Shown one piece after another: positions 39,201-50,700 of a stretch of DNA of 64,000 bases. A model generated the notes under the pieces. The model worked only from the letters and a program-made list of their open reading frames with translations. It did not search any database and was not told the DNA's origin. Numbering within the stretch: position 1 is the stretch's first letter; each line of letters begins with the position of its first letter. A program made the position numbers and the translations under genes. The DNA lies in the NCBI GenBank assembly GCA_036172245.1, contig JAYWIR010000002.1:6820001-6884000 (forward strand), written 5' to 3'. The stretch is from Raillietiella orientalis. Its lineage: Eukaryota.

Positions 39201-40354
39201 ACAAAGAAGCGTCCTGGGAGAGGAGGAAAAGGTGGATGTGGAACCCGCGTTAGCGGACGCGACCTCCAAGCGCGCGCGACACCGAAGCGTCGCAGGTTCG
39301 AATCCCGCCCGGAAAGACAGGATCGATGCTCAGAACAGGAGGGAAGCGCGTCGTGAGAATTTCGATCCCCCTCACCCCCTCAAGATGGCGACGGCTGACC
39401 TCGGTTGGTTTTGGGTGTGGTAGCACTGCTGGGAGCCGAATGAAGGACATCTACGTGCTCATCAACTACCTGAGCTGCGTCATCTGGCTGCTCATCGGAA
39501 CCTCGGTCATCGGGATGCTTGACTGGCCGGGATTTGGAGTTGATGCTCCGGGGTCCTTCCAGGACATCAGGAAGTCCTTCGGAGTTCCCTGTCTCCGGTC
39601 GTGAAAATGGAGGCGTTCCACGGAACTGATTGATACCCCTCCTCGGGTGGAGGGGGTCACCTCTCCAGAGTGCTGCAGAAGGGCGCTCCTCCTTTCGGGG
39701 AGCGCCCTTTCAGGGAAACCGGAAAGCGTCCCTTCGGGATTTCTCCTCAGAATAGGAGCAAAGAAGGAGCGGATCCTTTCCAGGTTCCCCTCAAAGAAGG
39801 AACGAAGAGTGCCCCCGCGAACCGGGAGGTCCCTCTGGAGAGAATCAGGGAGAGATGGTTCCCTTCGGGGTTCGTTCCCTACCAAGAGGGAGAGGAACGG
39901 ACCCCTTCATCGGAACCCTTCCTGGATCCACAGGGAGGTCCCTACTGGATTCCCCCTATAACTGGTAGAATGATGCGCATCCCCTGGGGGGTGGCGTAGA
40001 TGGCGTTGAAGGGCGCCGTGGGCCTCCCCTGAAGAGACGGGTGGTTCTTCAGCACTCCTTGGGGACCAAAAAAAAAGAAAACGGAAAAAAAATATGGAAG
40101 GAGAAGGTGGAAAAATAGGAACCGTTCCTGGTTTGACTTTCCTCCCCTTCGCCTTCTCATGCTTCCCAGAAGACCGGCCAAAGCGATAAAGTCTGTCGAC
40201 GTCTACCACCTTGCGCGCCATGACCAGACCGCCAGTTCTGAATGTGGACCACTTTCAGGATTGGGAATGCTCATCATGGTGTCCGGAGTGCCCGTGTATT
40301 TGGCCATGAAACATCTGAGCGTCGGCATGCCGGCCTGCTGGGAGAAGACCTCAG
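27297..40354 (+). CDS. SLC7 family L-type (LAT/y+LAT/b0,+AT-like) amino-acid transporter light chain; terminal exon not located
   Basis: Phase-consistent exons 27297-27732, 29641-29766, 30552-30696, 33949-34072, 36801-37001, 38672-38906, 40259-40354 (454 codons, then a GTGAGA donor). Motifs: TM1 [29 protein letters not shown] (heavy-chain disulfide Cys), TM6 [44 protein letters not shown]. Confidence 0.93.
28830..28839. promoter_or_regulatory. Perfect palindromic CRE/ATF-type site in SLC7 intron 1
   Basis: ATGACGTCAT; motif match only. Confidence 0.3.
29196..29310 (+). repeat. Tandem duplication (52 bp identical, period 63) in SLC7 intron 1
   Basis: TGTTTACAGCTGCAGCTATTTCATCAGCTCACCCGAGGAGCACGTGGGGATC at 29196-29247 and 29259-29310. 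Confidence 0.95.
30905..31125. repeat. Polypyrimidine/polypurine low-complexity tract (CT-rich) in SLC7 intron 3
   Basis: About 200 nt almost entirely C/T on the + strand; a similar tract lies at ~23140-23270. Confidence 0.85.
39283..40052 (+). repeat. Direct repeat copy B (~770 bp) inside SLC7 intron 6
   Basis: ~99% identical to 25373-26142; retains the B-box but not the upstream A-box. Confidence 0.97.
39441..39519 (+). pseudogene. Copy of an SLC7 exon-6 fragment within repeat B
   Basis: Identical to 25531-25609; starts ~535 bp downstream of the end of the source exon. Confidence 0.92.
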
Positions 40355-40924
40355 GTGAGAGCTTCCCGGGTGTCAAAGGGGGGAGGGGACGCGCGCGCCA
40401 CGCGAAATCCAGGATGGCTAGAGCGTCCTGGCCTTCTCGCTTCTTCGCTTTTCCCTCTCAGCGCCCTGCTGCTCCCCTCCTCCAGCCCTGACCCCTTCGT
40501 GGGGAACGGCCGATCCTGCCGAGGGAGCGGATGGGTTCTGAGTGTGAGATGCAGTCGGGTTCTTTCGGTTCCCGTCGCAGAGAACCCGTAGGTCCCAGAA
40601 GCGGATCCTCCTCGTGCTGGGCTCACGGCTTGAGCCCTGGGGACGCGGAACGTGAGAAGAAGGGGTTCTGTGTATCTTTTCACTCCCCACGAATAGAGAA
40701 TCCCAACCGAGCGCCTCTCCTTTCCCTCCTTGGGAGCACCATCTCCTTGATTAGATGCGGGTAAAAAGGCATCCGTTCGTCCCCAGTCCCTGCACTCGCC
40801 CCAAGAAATGGAGGGGGCACAGAGACGAGCGAACCGCCGCTTCCAGAATTTCTGGATGCTCGTTGTAGGGAGCAGGAGCAAAGTGAAAGGAGTCCGCAGA
40901 TCAAACAGGGCTTCTCAGTACAAG

Positions 40925-41120
40925 AGGAGCAGAAACTGAGAAGCAGATGATCGTGGTGGTGCTGGTGGTGGTGACAAGGAAGAGTAGAAAAGGATGAGCA
41001 GATGATTATGATGGTGGTGGTGGAGAGGAGGAAGTGGTGGCACAGAAAGGGAGGAGCAGATTATCGTGATGGCGGAGGTGGTGAGGAGGAGAAGTGGAGC
41101 AGGCGGAAGAGAAGAGGAAA
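40925..41120 (+). repeat. Degenerate GGT/GGA-rich minisatellite
   Basis: Three units beginning AGCAGAT(G/T)AT followed by GGT/GGA-rich runs at ~40943, ~40997 and ~41055. Confidence 0.6.
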
Positions 41121-42829
41121 CTGGAAGAATTCCACAAACTTTCGCTTCCCGTCTGTCCTTCCTTGAAGTGGTCCACTATCTGGAGTCACAGGAAGGAATC
41201 ACAGGATTCCTTCCAAGAACCTTCCTCTCGAGAAAAAAGTAGCGTTCCTTTTTAAACAATCAGCTGGCGGGCTGAGTTGGATCGAGACTACCCGGCACTT
41301 GCTCACCTTGACAACCGGCGTTTCACACTCTCTGCATCTGCCAAGGGACAAGAAGCGAAGCCGTGGTGGTCCCCCGCGCTCAGGGAGGAGGCTGAGCCTC
41401 AGCGGAGATCACCGTCTACTAATGGTGCTGGAGCACTAATGTCACCCCTAGACGAGTCAGAGCAGAAATCGAAGAAAAGCAAGCTGCAGCCGATGATCGA
41501 CCTAGAGCACTCTACGAAGAACAGTCGAAGGCGCAAGAGAAAGAGGCAACCAAATAGAAATTCCTGGTGCCTCCTTAGCTTGCAACCGAATTTCGCTTCC
41601 AGGGAGACGATCCTCACCACCGTCCGAAACGCCCCTCGTGAGCGCCTGGCAAGAGTTCCCTCCGAACCAGGAGTTCCTCTCAAACAGCCTTTGTTGTTAC
41701 CGTGAGGTCGCCACCACACGCAGGAAGGTCACGACAGCGCGCTTCGCATGCCACGTTCCGAGTTCTTGGGGCTCAGAATGGGGACGGAGTCGCTTTCAGT
41801 GCATTCACAACGAGCGGGGAAGGAAAAAGCAGAGGGCGGAGTTTCGCTTTAAAGTCCCCAACGGTGGGCAGGTCAGCGTCCCAAGTCTTGGGACACACCG
41901 TCGAAGAGAGAGGGACGGTGGCCGGGGCACCCGTCTCCGGCGAGGAGGATCAGTCCAATGGCAGGGCGGACATGACCTTCTTCCCTCCAGGCGGTCACAG
42001 TCTTCTCTTCCCCAAGGGCGCGGCTCACGAGGAAGCCTCGCGAGCAGCAGGGAGCAACGAGTCGAGCAGGCAGCTCACCCCCGGAACAGAGTTGTGCTGG
42101 GCTTATCCCCGTTTTCAGGGGATAACCCCTCCTAAAACGGAGGTTACGGTAGGGCCGTGGGGGAGGACGAAGAAGTTGGCACGCGAAGAGGAATCGTATT
42201 GATTCTGGGGTCAGAACCGGGAAGACCATCGCGCATTGAGTGGCGGGAGAGCTGGGGAAGGGGAGCTGCCGGAGGTTGGCAGGGAGATGACGCGACCGCT
42301 TGCTCCCACCCCATAGGTGTGGGAACACCCAGCTACGTCTCAGGGTGGTAGATCTCGGAAAGGGTAGGGCAGATCCACCCAGCCGCCTCAGACCTCAGGA
42401 TCTCTATTCGGGACTGCTGGACAGGAAAGGGAAGGTGCAGGATGAGGAAGACGCCCTAAAGCGTTTTCCTTCCTGCGCCCGAGAAAGCACTCGGGGTAAC
42501 GGCAGCGCTCGTCGCCACGACTTCGACTTCGCTGGGCGGCCCACAGACGTTCCTTCTCCGAGATCGCATGGACCGCGGCTTCCGAGGGGAAGAGCCCTGG
42601 TGGACGCTAAAGGGGGCATTTCCAAGTTGTCCGCTCCTCCCGAATGCCCTACAGAGGGCCTCCCCTTACCCTGCCTCATTCGGAAGCAGCGGGTTACCTC
42701 GTCTCGATCTCGCGAGAGCGCTCCGGAGACCGAAAGAGGGCTCGCGCTTTTGAGGGATAAGGCGGCGCCCCGCTCTCTCGATTCCTAGCGCTCCAGGCGC
42801 ATCTCAATTGGGCAGCGGAGGACCCTGGC

Positions 42830-44560
42830 AGCACTCTGCGCTTTCCAGGTCACCTGACTGCGAGCCTGCAGAAGCTCATGGTCATAGTCGACGGGGGACC
42901 CGAGTCCAAGGAGGAAGCCGACCAAGGAGGCAGCGCTGGGAACCAGTAGCATCCCCCACCCTTCTCCCTTCTGGCCCTTCTCGAATAAACTCCGTCCCTT
43001 TTAGGACCCTCGTAGCGGACTTGGACTCAGGTTCTTTGCACCCTCACCTTTAAGGCTCTTCACTCCTCGGATATCCCTCGAGGGATCCCGACTCTCAGTC
43101 TTCCCGGCCTTAGAACCCAGGGGTCGACGGGGGCGCAGTGCTCCTCCTCTGCATCCTTCCTCAGGGAAGCGTCAGTCTGAGCGGTGGCAGCGCCTTGCGG
43201 GGTAAGGTCTCCGCCGGATCCTCCGCACGTGGACCCCAGCGGCCTGAGACGGAAGACGATGGAGCTCTTTGCAGGTGTGCCGGTCCGGCCCATAAGAAGA
43301 GCCCTCGCTGGGATAAGACCACGAGCCCCACAGCTGCGCAGGTCCGCTGAACTATCCACCACATTTCCCTACCACTTCCGCTGGATCCTCCTCGAAAAAG
43401 ACGAGACTCAACAGCATCTCGGCGGACCTCGACAATCCTGCCACGGCAGCGGTGGTGGCGGTCCGGGGACAGGCATCACGGGACCTCAATGGGACAGGAT
43501 GTCCCGGTTCCCCTCATCCTTAAAGGGTCCTTCCTTCCCTCTCCTTGACGAAGGGGGAAGGAACCCAGCCTGAGGGTGAAGAAGGAACTGCCCCAAGCGA
43601 GGACCACGCCCTTCACCAGAAGATCTTCACACGCGGTGCCCCGATGGGCTTGGAAACGGCCGGAACAGCGCGAAGCTCGCGCCGGCCAGTCCCCCGGGAG
43701 TCGCCAACGATGACTCCCGCTGGCAGCGCCACGAAGAGCTTCCATTCCTTCCCTTCTCCTTCTTCCTCTGTTTTCATCGCCGCTTTCCTCCTGGTCTCTC
43801 GCACTCCAGGCTCGTCTCTAGCCAGGGTCCGGCCGGGACCCTCCAAGGTACAGTTCTAGGTCATTTCCCCTTCGGCTGAGGTCGGACAGCGCGAAGAGGC
43901 CTCCTTCCTTCCTTCCCTGTTGCGCTGACACTGGAGCCTGCCCGCTCCGCTGTAACCCCCTCATCCCGGATGTGCCAAGCCATCTATCCCAAATGAATGA
44001 ATACAATGAAGACGCATCAACAATGACGGGTCATCGGCCAACAAGGAATGAAAGAGTTTGAAACGCGCTGGGGTTGCAGCGGAGGAGAAAGCAGAATTAG
44101 CACCCGGAAGTAGCTCCGGAACGTTTATTTATAATAAATAAACATGCAGCGGCCTAACGAGTGGAAAGTGCATCGGGATCACTTCAGTGACACGGAGAAT
44201 CCTAGATGGACAGAGAGAAGAAGGGAAAAGAGAGAGAGGGTTCATCGAGTTGAGGACTCCTGATGTCCTGCAACTGATTGCCTCCATCCCTTCTCGATCT
44301 CCTGTCCCCAGATGTTCCCATTTACAATCTGCACAATCAGCACCCTGTGTATCTGGAGAACGTCTTGATGGACTCTTTGGTCTTCCAGGGAGCACCTGAC
44401 CACCACAGTAGCACGCGCGAAGCAGACAGCTTCGTGCGTCACTGCTGTCAATCCGTCTTGCCGGAAGAACCGACGGAAGAGATCTTTGGGGCTCCAATCC
44501 GGGGTTGCACCCTCTGCCACCCGTGCTGGGGGTCCTGGCATTCTGTTAGAAGGTGCGGCA
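42830..44560 (-). mobile_element. Decayed piggyBac-like transposase fossil
   Basis: Collinear minus-strand motifs with stops and frameshifts: SPKDLFRRFF (~44480), LVRPL (~44155, cf. KVRPL), GIDG (~43985, cf. SIDE), LFALSD..LELYLG (~43840-43900, cf. KLFVLCD..FEIYTG), VIVGD..PIGAPR (cf. DN..GTxR), VAGLSRSAEML (~43430, cf. MGGVDxxDQML), RRIQRKW* (~43375, cf. RKWY), IVFRL. Confidence 0.6.
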
Positions 44561-46859
44561 AAGCTTCTCTTTTTCCGCATCTCTTGCACCCAGGGGGTCA
44601 ACTTTCTCCCGCGATACGTGGCTGGAAAGTATCCAGTGTACCATTCAGGCCAAAGGATGCTGCACTTTCAAGGGAATCGGCAAGAACTTCCGGGAAGATA
44701 CAGGTAGATTGCCTGTCGCCCCAATTCTTCGGCTCCGGATGTAGCGGTGCGGCCACCACACTGAGTTTGCAGCTCCCTAGAGTTTGCACCGCTTCCTCCC
44801 TCCTTCCCTTTCCAGCAGAGTTCTTTCCGCGTATTCGTTGCTGTGCGTCGTACCTACTCCCCAAGCACTGTGGCATCTTGGAGAGTTGTGTGCCTGCCTT
44901 CCTGACTCCTGCTGTTGCGGACTTCTACTCCTCCACTAAACTTAGACCTTTGGACTTTGGGACACGGAGTGCACGCTATGGTTCTTCCTCTGGTCGTTTG
45001 TAGCCAGAGCTCTTACTGTCAGCGTCAGTAAGATGCTCGGCCGCGTGGCACCTCAGCTCTTGAGTGTCCTCTGAGTCCTTCGTCCATTCCTCTAAGAGGG
45101 GCGTTCGGATTCCTTGTAGTGCTGTGAGACGCAGCTGTGGCCATCCCTCCCCCCTCCTAACAGGGTGCAAGGACGGCAAGGTTTTGCGAGTTGCAGGTCT
45201 GGCGGGGAAACTGGCATGAGGGACCAACCCTCTGCATCTAACCTTATCTTCCTCAGGGTGCGTTGGGTATGAAGGGCATCAGGGGGCGAGGATGCCCAAC
45301 CCATCTTGTTGTGTCAGAGAGGGAGAAGAAAGGATTGGAAGGAAGGGACGAAGGGCTGATAAGTCCATAGATAAGTAGGGCCGGTCTGGACACCTCACAG
45401 CGCTCATCATGGAGTTCCAGAGGGTCTGCATCGGGCTTGGAGGCAGCAAGGAGGAAACGGGTCTCTGACACCGATTACGATTCGGTCCTGTGATCAGTGG
45501 TCCCTGAGATGCCCTTACGTCCCACCTCCCGGTTTGGTTCGTTTCTCGGCACCTCCTTTTTTGCTTTTTTCTCTCCGGACATGGAGACTGCAAATGACTC
45601 AGCCGATGATAGTCACACCCGTCTTGCATCTCATGGAAACAGAAGTTGAGCATCTCCTGCCGAGGAGTCTGCAGCTCGAGCAGGAAACGTGACCCGGCAA
45701 GGACACAAGGAACTGCTTGTCAGATTGAGCGACTTACCAGAGAGGGTCGACGTCTCGTGAACCAAGTGCGTCGAAGCAGCGAAGGTCGAAGTCGGAACTT
45801 CGCGGTATTCCGCGCATCGCCAGCTCCTGGCGTTGTCTTCCAGGCCGTTGGGAGTTCCGTCCACGCGACCAAGAGCAACGCGCACAAAGATGTTCCTCGT
45901 ATTCTTCGTGGAAGGGTAGAAGGGATCTGGCAACCATTCCACCACCCGGAGGAAGACGCTGCAAATCTGCAGGCGAGACTAGAGCTCCTCTTTGACTCCA
46001 GACCATTTCTCGGAAAGCCATCTTATACATACTGATGCCCCTCCAGGAAGGAGTAGGATTTGCGCGGGCAGCATGCTGTCGAGCCAAAAAGAGGTTGTCA
46101 ACACCCTCTTCGAGATGCTGTTGCTATTTCAGTTGGATATAAGCTTTTTGAGATTGCAAAAATCCTCAGCGTTTTCAGATGAGGTCGGTTGCAATTTATT
46201 TCTGATAAGCCAGTCTATAAGTGACAAACATGACTATTATATAAAGATCGACAACTTCAGCAGATGATTGCAAGGAATCATTCTTAGTCTCTCGGAGAAG
46301 CCATCAACACGACCGAGAGGTCCTCTCTCACTGAAGTGATTTCTTAACAGTCTGAAACAGTTGCAATTACAACGGTTCCCGCAAACCTCCAAGTAGCACT
46401 AAGAGATGAGACAAATGTCCAATGAGATAGTTAGCTACGTTCACCATTACGCACAGTTAAAACATACAGAATGACAGAAAGGGTTTTGTTTAACTAGCCT
46501 AATAAATAAGATGGATAATAGCCTAATAAATATTGGAACGTGTACTGATATAAAGAGTGCTTTCCTTTAAGAATACCACTGACCCCTTTGATAATCTATT
46601 GAACCCTGTTGTTGAATCCTCTGTAAGCTGCTGCTTGTAGATTACCTTGTTTATTTTTGCTCATTTATTTGATATTAAATTAATCTGTATTAGAAAAATC
46701 CGTGAAAATACGTTGCTACTAAGTTGCTATACTATTATTTGGATAGATCATCGTTTCCAAAGTCCAAAAATTTAATTTAGTTCAAAGTATGTACTTCAAA
46801 TAAGAAATAAGTGCTTTTCTGGAGATCTTTGCGAGACAACCCTGATTTCCGACGAATAC

Positions 46860-47090
46860 TACATCACCCACTTTAGACCAACAAGCTGTTTGATATTCTT
46901 TGCATTCATGTACAGCTTGTTTTCATTTTCTTCTTGCTCTCATCAAAACAGGCAGAGATGTAAAGCCATGTCTGAAGATTTAAAAGTAATCTTAGAAACC
47001 TACTTGAATGAAATGAATTTTCGTCATCACAGTGAGCTAGATTCCATTTTATTCTGTAGCATCTTTCGAGATTTATTGTGACCTCTATTT
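46860..47090 (+). mobile_element. hAT (ZMYM1-like) transposase fragment
   Basis: FFAFMYSLFSFSSCSHQNRQRCKAMSEDLKVILET resembles the hAT segment FFGxxQxLYxFFSxSxKRWxxL...LKxLSxTRW. Confidence 0.35.
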
Positions 47091-47720
47091 TCTTCATTGT
47101 GATCAAATTTATATATATATAACGTAATAAATTTTTGAAAAAAGTGGAATCAAAACTAGCCTCAGCCTAGAAACTTGACACAAAGCATTTCTTGTGCAAC
47201 CAAAACTGATCTCATTCAAAGTCGCTCTCATTTGAATTATAGCGCCTTCTACCTCTTCACAAAGAAATGTTTTGAGCAGCAAATTATCTGTCTTCATAAA
47301 AAATACAGCATTATTTCATGAAAGTGAGGCCGTTTTAAGCACACTTGCTTCACCGTCAGTGAAACAAATACATGTACATTAAGAACGCATTATCATGCAT
47401 GTACTATGCATTACTTATGAGAATTTTCAAAAACTGAAAGAAATTAGATCAAAATTAAATTCACAGAAGTTAGAAAGTGAATAAAAGTAATTAAAAAAAT
47501 GAAATCATAATATAAAACAAAAATTAACCATTGCTTTCCTTGTCTTTGAAATTGATTGGAAACCCTGAAACATGTTTTCACAATGTTTGGGATTTTACGA
47601 AGTGCCAGTGCACAAACTTCAAATTTCTATTCGAAAATAAAGTGCAATATGTAAGCACTGCAAAGATATACTTTCACGACTGCCCTGTACTGACGTAGAC
47701 GAATGTGACTCTGGTAAAGT

Positions 47721-50700
47721 ATGGATGAGAAGTGTACGATTGCATCGAAACTAAAATTTTATGAGTTTTCCAAATGGTGCGAAAAAGTAGTCAGCACCCC
47801 AAAGAGCGGGTCAAGAAAAGTAGAATTAGTGAGAAAAATGTTCAGCCGTCTTCGTGATATCTGCAAAGGTAGCAGTGAAGAAAATCCGCCAGTAAGTTCA
47901 GACAGTTGAAAGTAAATTATTACAATCCATCTAATAGAACGATGCATTGTATCCATTTCTGAGGACACTTTTACCACAACTTGATAAGGAAAGGCCAGCT
48001 TATGGGATAAAGGAAAACAGACTTGCACATCTGTACATAAAGATTCTTTGTTTGAATAAAAATAGTGCTGATTCACAAAAGCTTTTGAATTACAAGTATG
48101 TCTTCATGTTATAAGCATTACATATCATTTTTAGGATGTGAATTGTGAGTTTAAAGTTATTTATTTATAAATTGTACATATTTATGATGCAGATTTTTGA
48201 AATGCTTGATACAAATTGTCAGTAATATTATTTAATATGAAACATCTGTAGGGTGCCCAAAACTGGGGGAAGTGCTGCTGGGGATTTTGCAGAAATTGCT
48301 TACCATGTTCTCAAAAATCGATGCCCCATTTCTGGAAATTTGAGCCTTGAAGAAGTGAATAGCAAATTAGATGCGATTGCACACAGTCACCTGAATCAAA
48401 ATGCCAGTAAAGACAAAGATATGTACTTCACACATGTTTTTTATACAATAAACCCTAGATCAGCTAGAGGAAAATCTGTTGTTTTTGCTAAGAAACATGT
48501 CAGCATTGGAGCAGAAGTGGCTTATTCGTATTCTTCTCAAAACTTTAAGGCTTGGAGTTGGTCAAGCAGCTATTCTTAAAGGCTTCCATCCAGATGCTGA
48601 AGATCTCTATGATGTGACTTATAGCTTATTGCAGGTTAGATGGCTTTCAGTTTACCACCATGTAATTCACTACGTCTCTACAGGTTAGCACCACCTTGCA
48701 AGATCCAAATTTTCGACTTCATGAAATAGAAATTCAGCTATTCACCCCTTTTCGTCCCATGTTAGCAGAAAGATCTTCTTTGGAGAAAATTTCCCAGTGT
48801 TTTTCTAAAGGTTCGCTCTACATCGAAACCAAAGTGGATGGAGAAAGGGTTCAGTTGCACATGGAAGGTGGACTGTTTAAATATTTTTCACGGTACCAGC
48901 ATGTTTAATAGCTGTCTATTTATGTTTTGTTATTTTAGGAGAGGCTTTGAACTTACAAATATTTTGGGGAATGATAAACAAAATGGTGCTTTGAGTCCTT
49001 ACATTGAAAACTGTTTTTCCACTAATACATCATCAATCATTCTAGATGGGGAAATAGTGGGATGGGATGTGGAAACACAATCCATGGGATGCAAAGGTAC
49101 ATCAGACATATATGTCAGTTTGTTATGGTGATTAGGTGATAATCTTGATTTGCGGAGCATCGCTGCTCATCCAACTTATCAGATTTGCCTATTTGTGTTT
49201 GATATACTGTTACATAATGGACATGTTCTCACTAATGTACCCCTGGAGCAACGTATTCAGCATTTAACAGAAACTGTGCTACCTAAGGATGGACGTCTTT
49301 TGTTTATTTCAAGAGTAGAAGCCACCAATCAGTAAGAAAATCCTCATAAAAAAGATAAACAGTAGATGTGCAGACAACAAGTGAGAACAGCTCTACAGCT
49401 AGCATTGGATCGGGGTGAGGAAGGGTTAGTGTTGAAAGATCCGCAGTCAACATATCGTCCAAATGCTCGTAATGCTGGTTGGATAAAAATTAAACCAGAT
49501 GTGAGTGCTGTATTTTAAGAACAAAATTACTGATCAGAAATGCAGTATGAACAGGGCATGTTAGATGATTTGGATCTTATCATTCTCGGAGGTTACTATG
49601 GAGAAGGGAAACGAGCAGGCTTCATATCTCATTTTTTGATGGGGGTGTCTGTTAAGACAAAGGATACTGGTATTTATAGTGATTTTTTTTCTAGTAAATT
49701 TCAGCTACATCAGGTCCTCTGGAATTCTGGTCTGTTGGACGTGTTGGGTCTGGATATACCATGATAGAACTGCATCAGTTATTGGCTCGTTTGCATCCTC
49801 ATTGGGTTTCTTCACGCCCAGCAGAAATCGTAGTGAGCACAAAGGAACATCCCGATGTGTGGTTGAAGCCAGAGCATTCTTGCCTGCTCCAAGTTCATGC
49901 AGCTGGCCTAGTTCAATCAGATGTTTACAGGACTGGAATGACCATGAGATTTCCACGGGTGGTATGCATAAGAGAAGATAAAGGATGGCAGGAATGCACC
50001 ACTTTACAAGAATTGCACTCTATCTTGCAGGTAGTTGGTTCTGAAAAAAGTATCAATTGCAAGACCAATCATGATTTCATAGTCATCAGGTGGCCTTCGT
50101 TTGCAAAACCAAAGTCAGTCTCAGGCTCCACAATCAAGAAAGTCACATGGTAGACAGGTTACTTTGGGGACTCAATTCCAAGGAGCAGATACCTCACTAG
50201 TTATCCCAACATGCCATATTCTGAAGAATATAGAACTATGTATTCTGTCTGGTGATGGAGTACATACTAAGCAGAATCTGGAACTGTTGGCTGCTCAGCA
50301 TGGTGCGACTCTGGTGCAAAATCCTACAGAAAAGACTTTTGCGGTTCTCACAAATAAGGTTACCATCAAAGTGAAAAATGTAATGAAATCACAAAAACAT
50401 GATGTGGTCAACTGCTCATGGCTGTTAGAATGCATACAGAGTGGTGAGCTTCTCCCATTGGAGCCTGCCCATCTTCTGTCATGCACAAAAGATACAAGTG
50501 CTCATATAGCAGTTCTGTTTGATAAGTATGGAGATAGCTACAAGGTGTTGTCCACTGTTGCTAGCCTACGTGACATTTTCCAGAAGCAAAAAAATGAAGT
50601 GAGACAAGCTTGTAATGAAATTTATGTAATACCTGAAATAATTGCAGATGCTGTTTCATCAGCTATCATGGGAAGAAATTGTGGAAACTGAGCTGATGGT

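Noticed and set aside
25373..40052. The 770-bp direct repeats as LTRs of a retrotransposon
   Set aside because: No TG...CA termini, no target-site duplication, no PBS/PPT or gag-pol; the interior is a host gene.
41277..41705. Non-LTR retrotransposon ORF2 (KPWWSPAL motif)
   Set aside because: Only one short motif; no endonuclease or reverse-transcriptase motifs nearby.
1..46000. Hundreds of long overlapping Arg/Gly/Pro/Ser-rich ORFs in the ORF track
   Set aside because: Expected by chance in GC-rich DNA; no recognisable domains apart from the exons and fossils listed.
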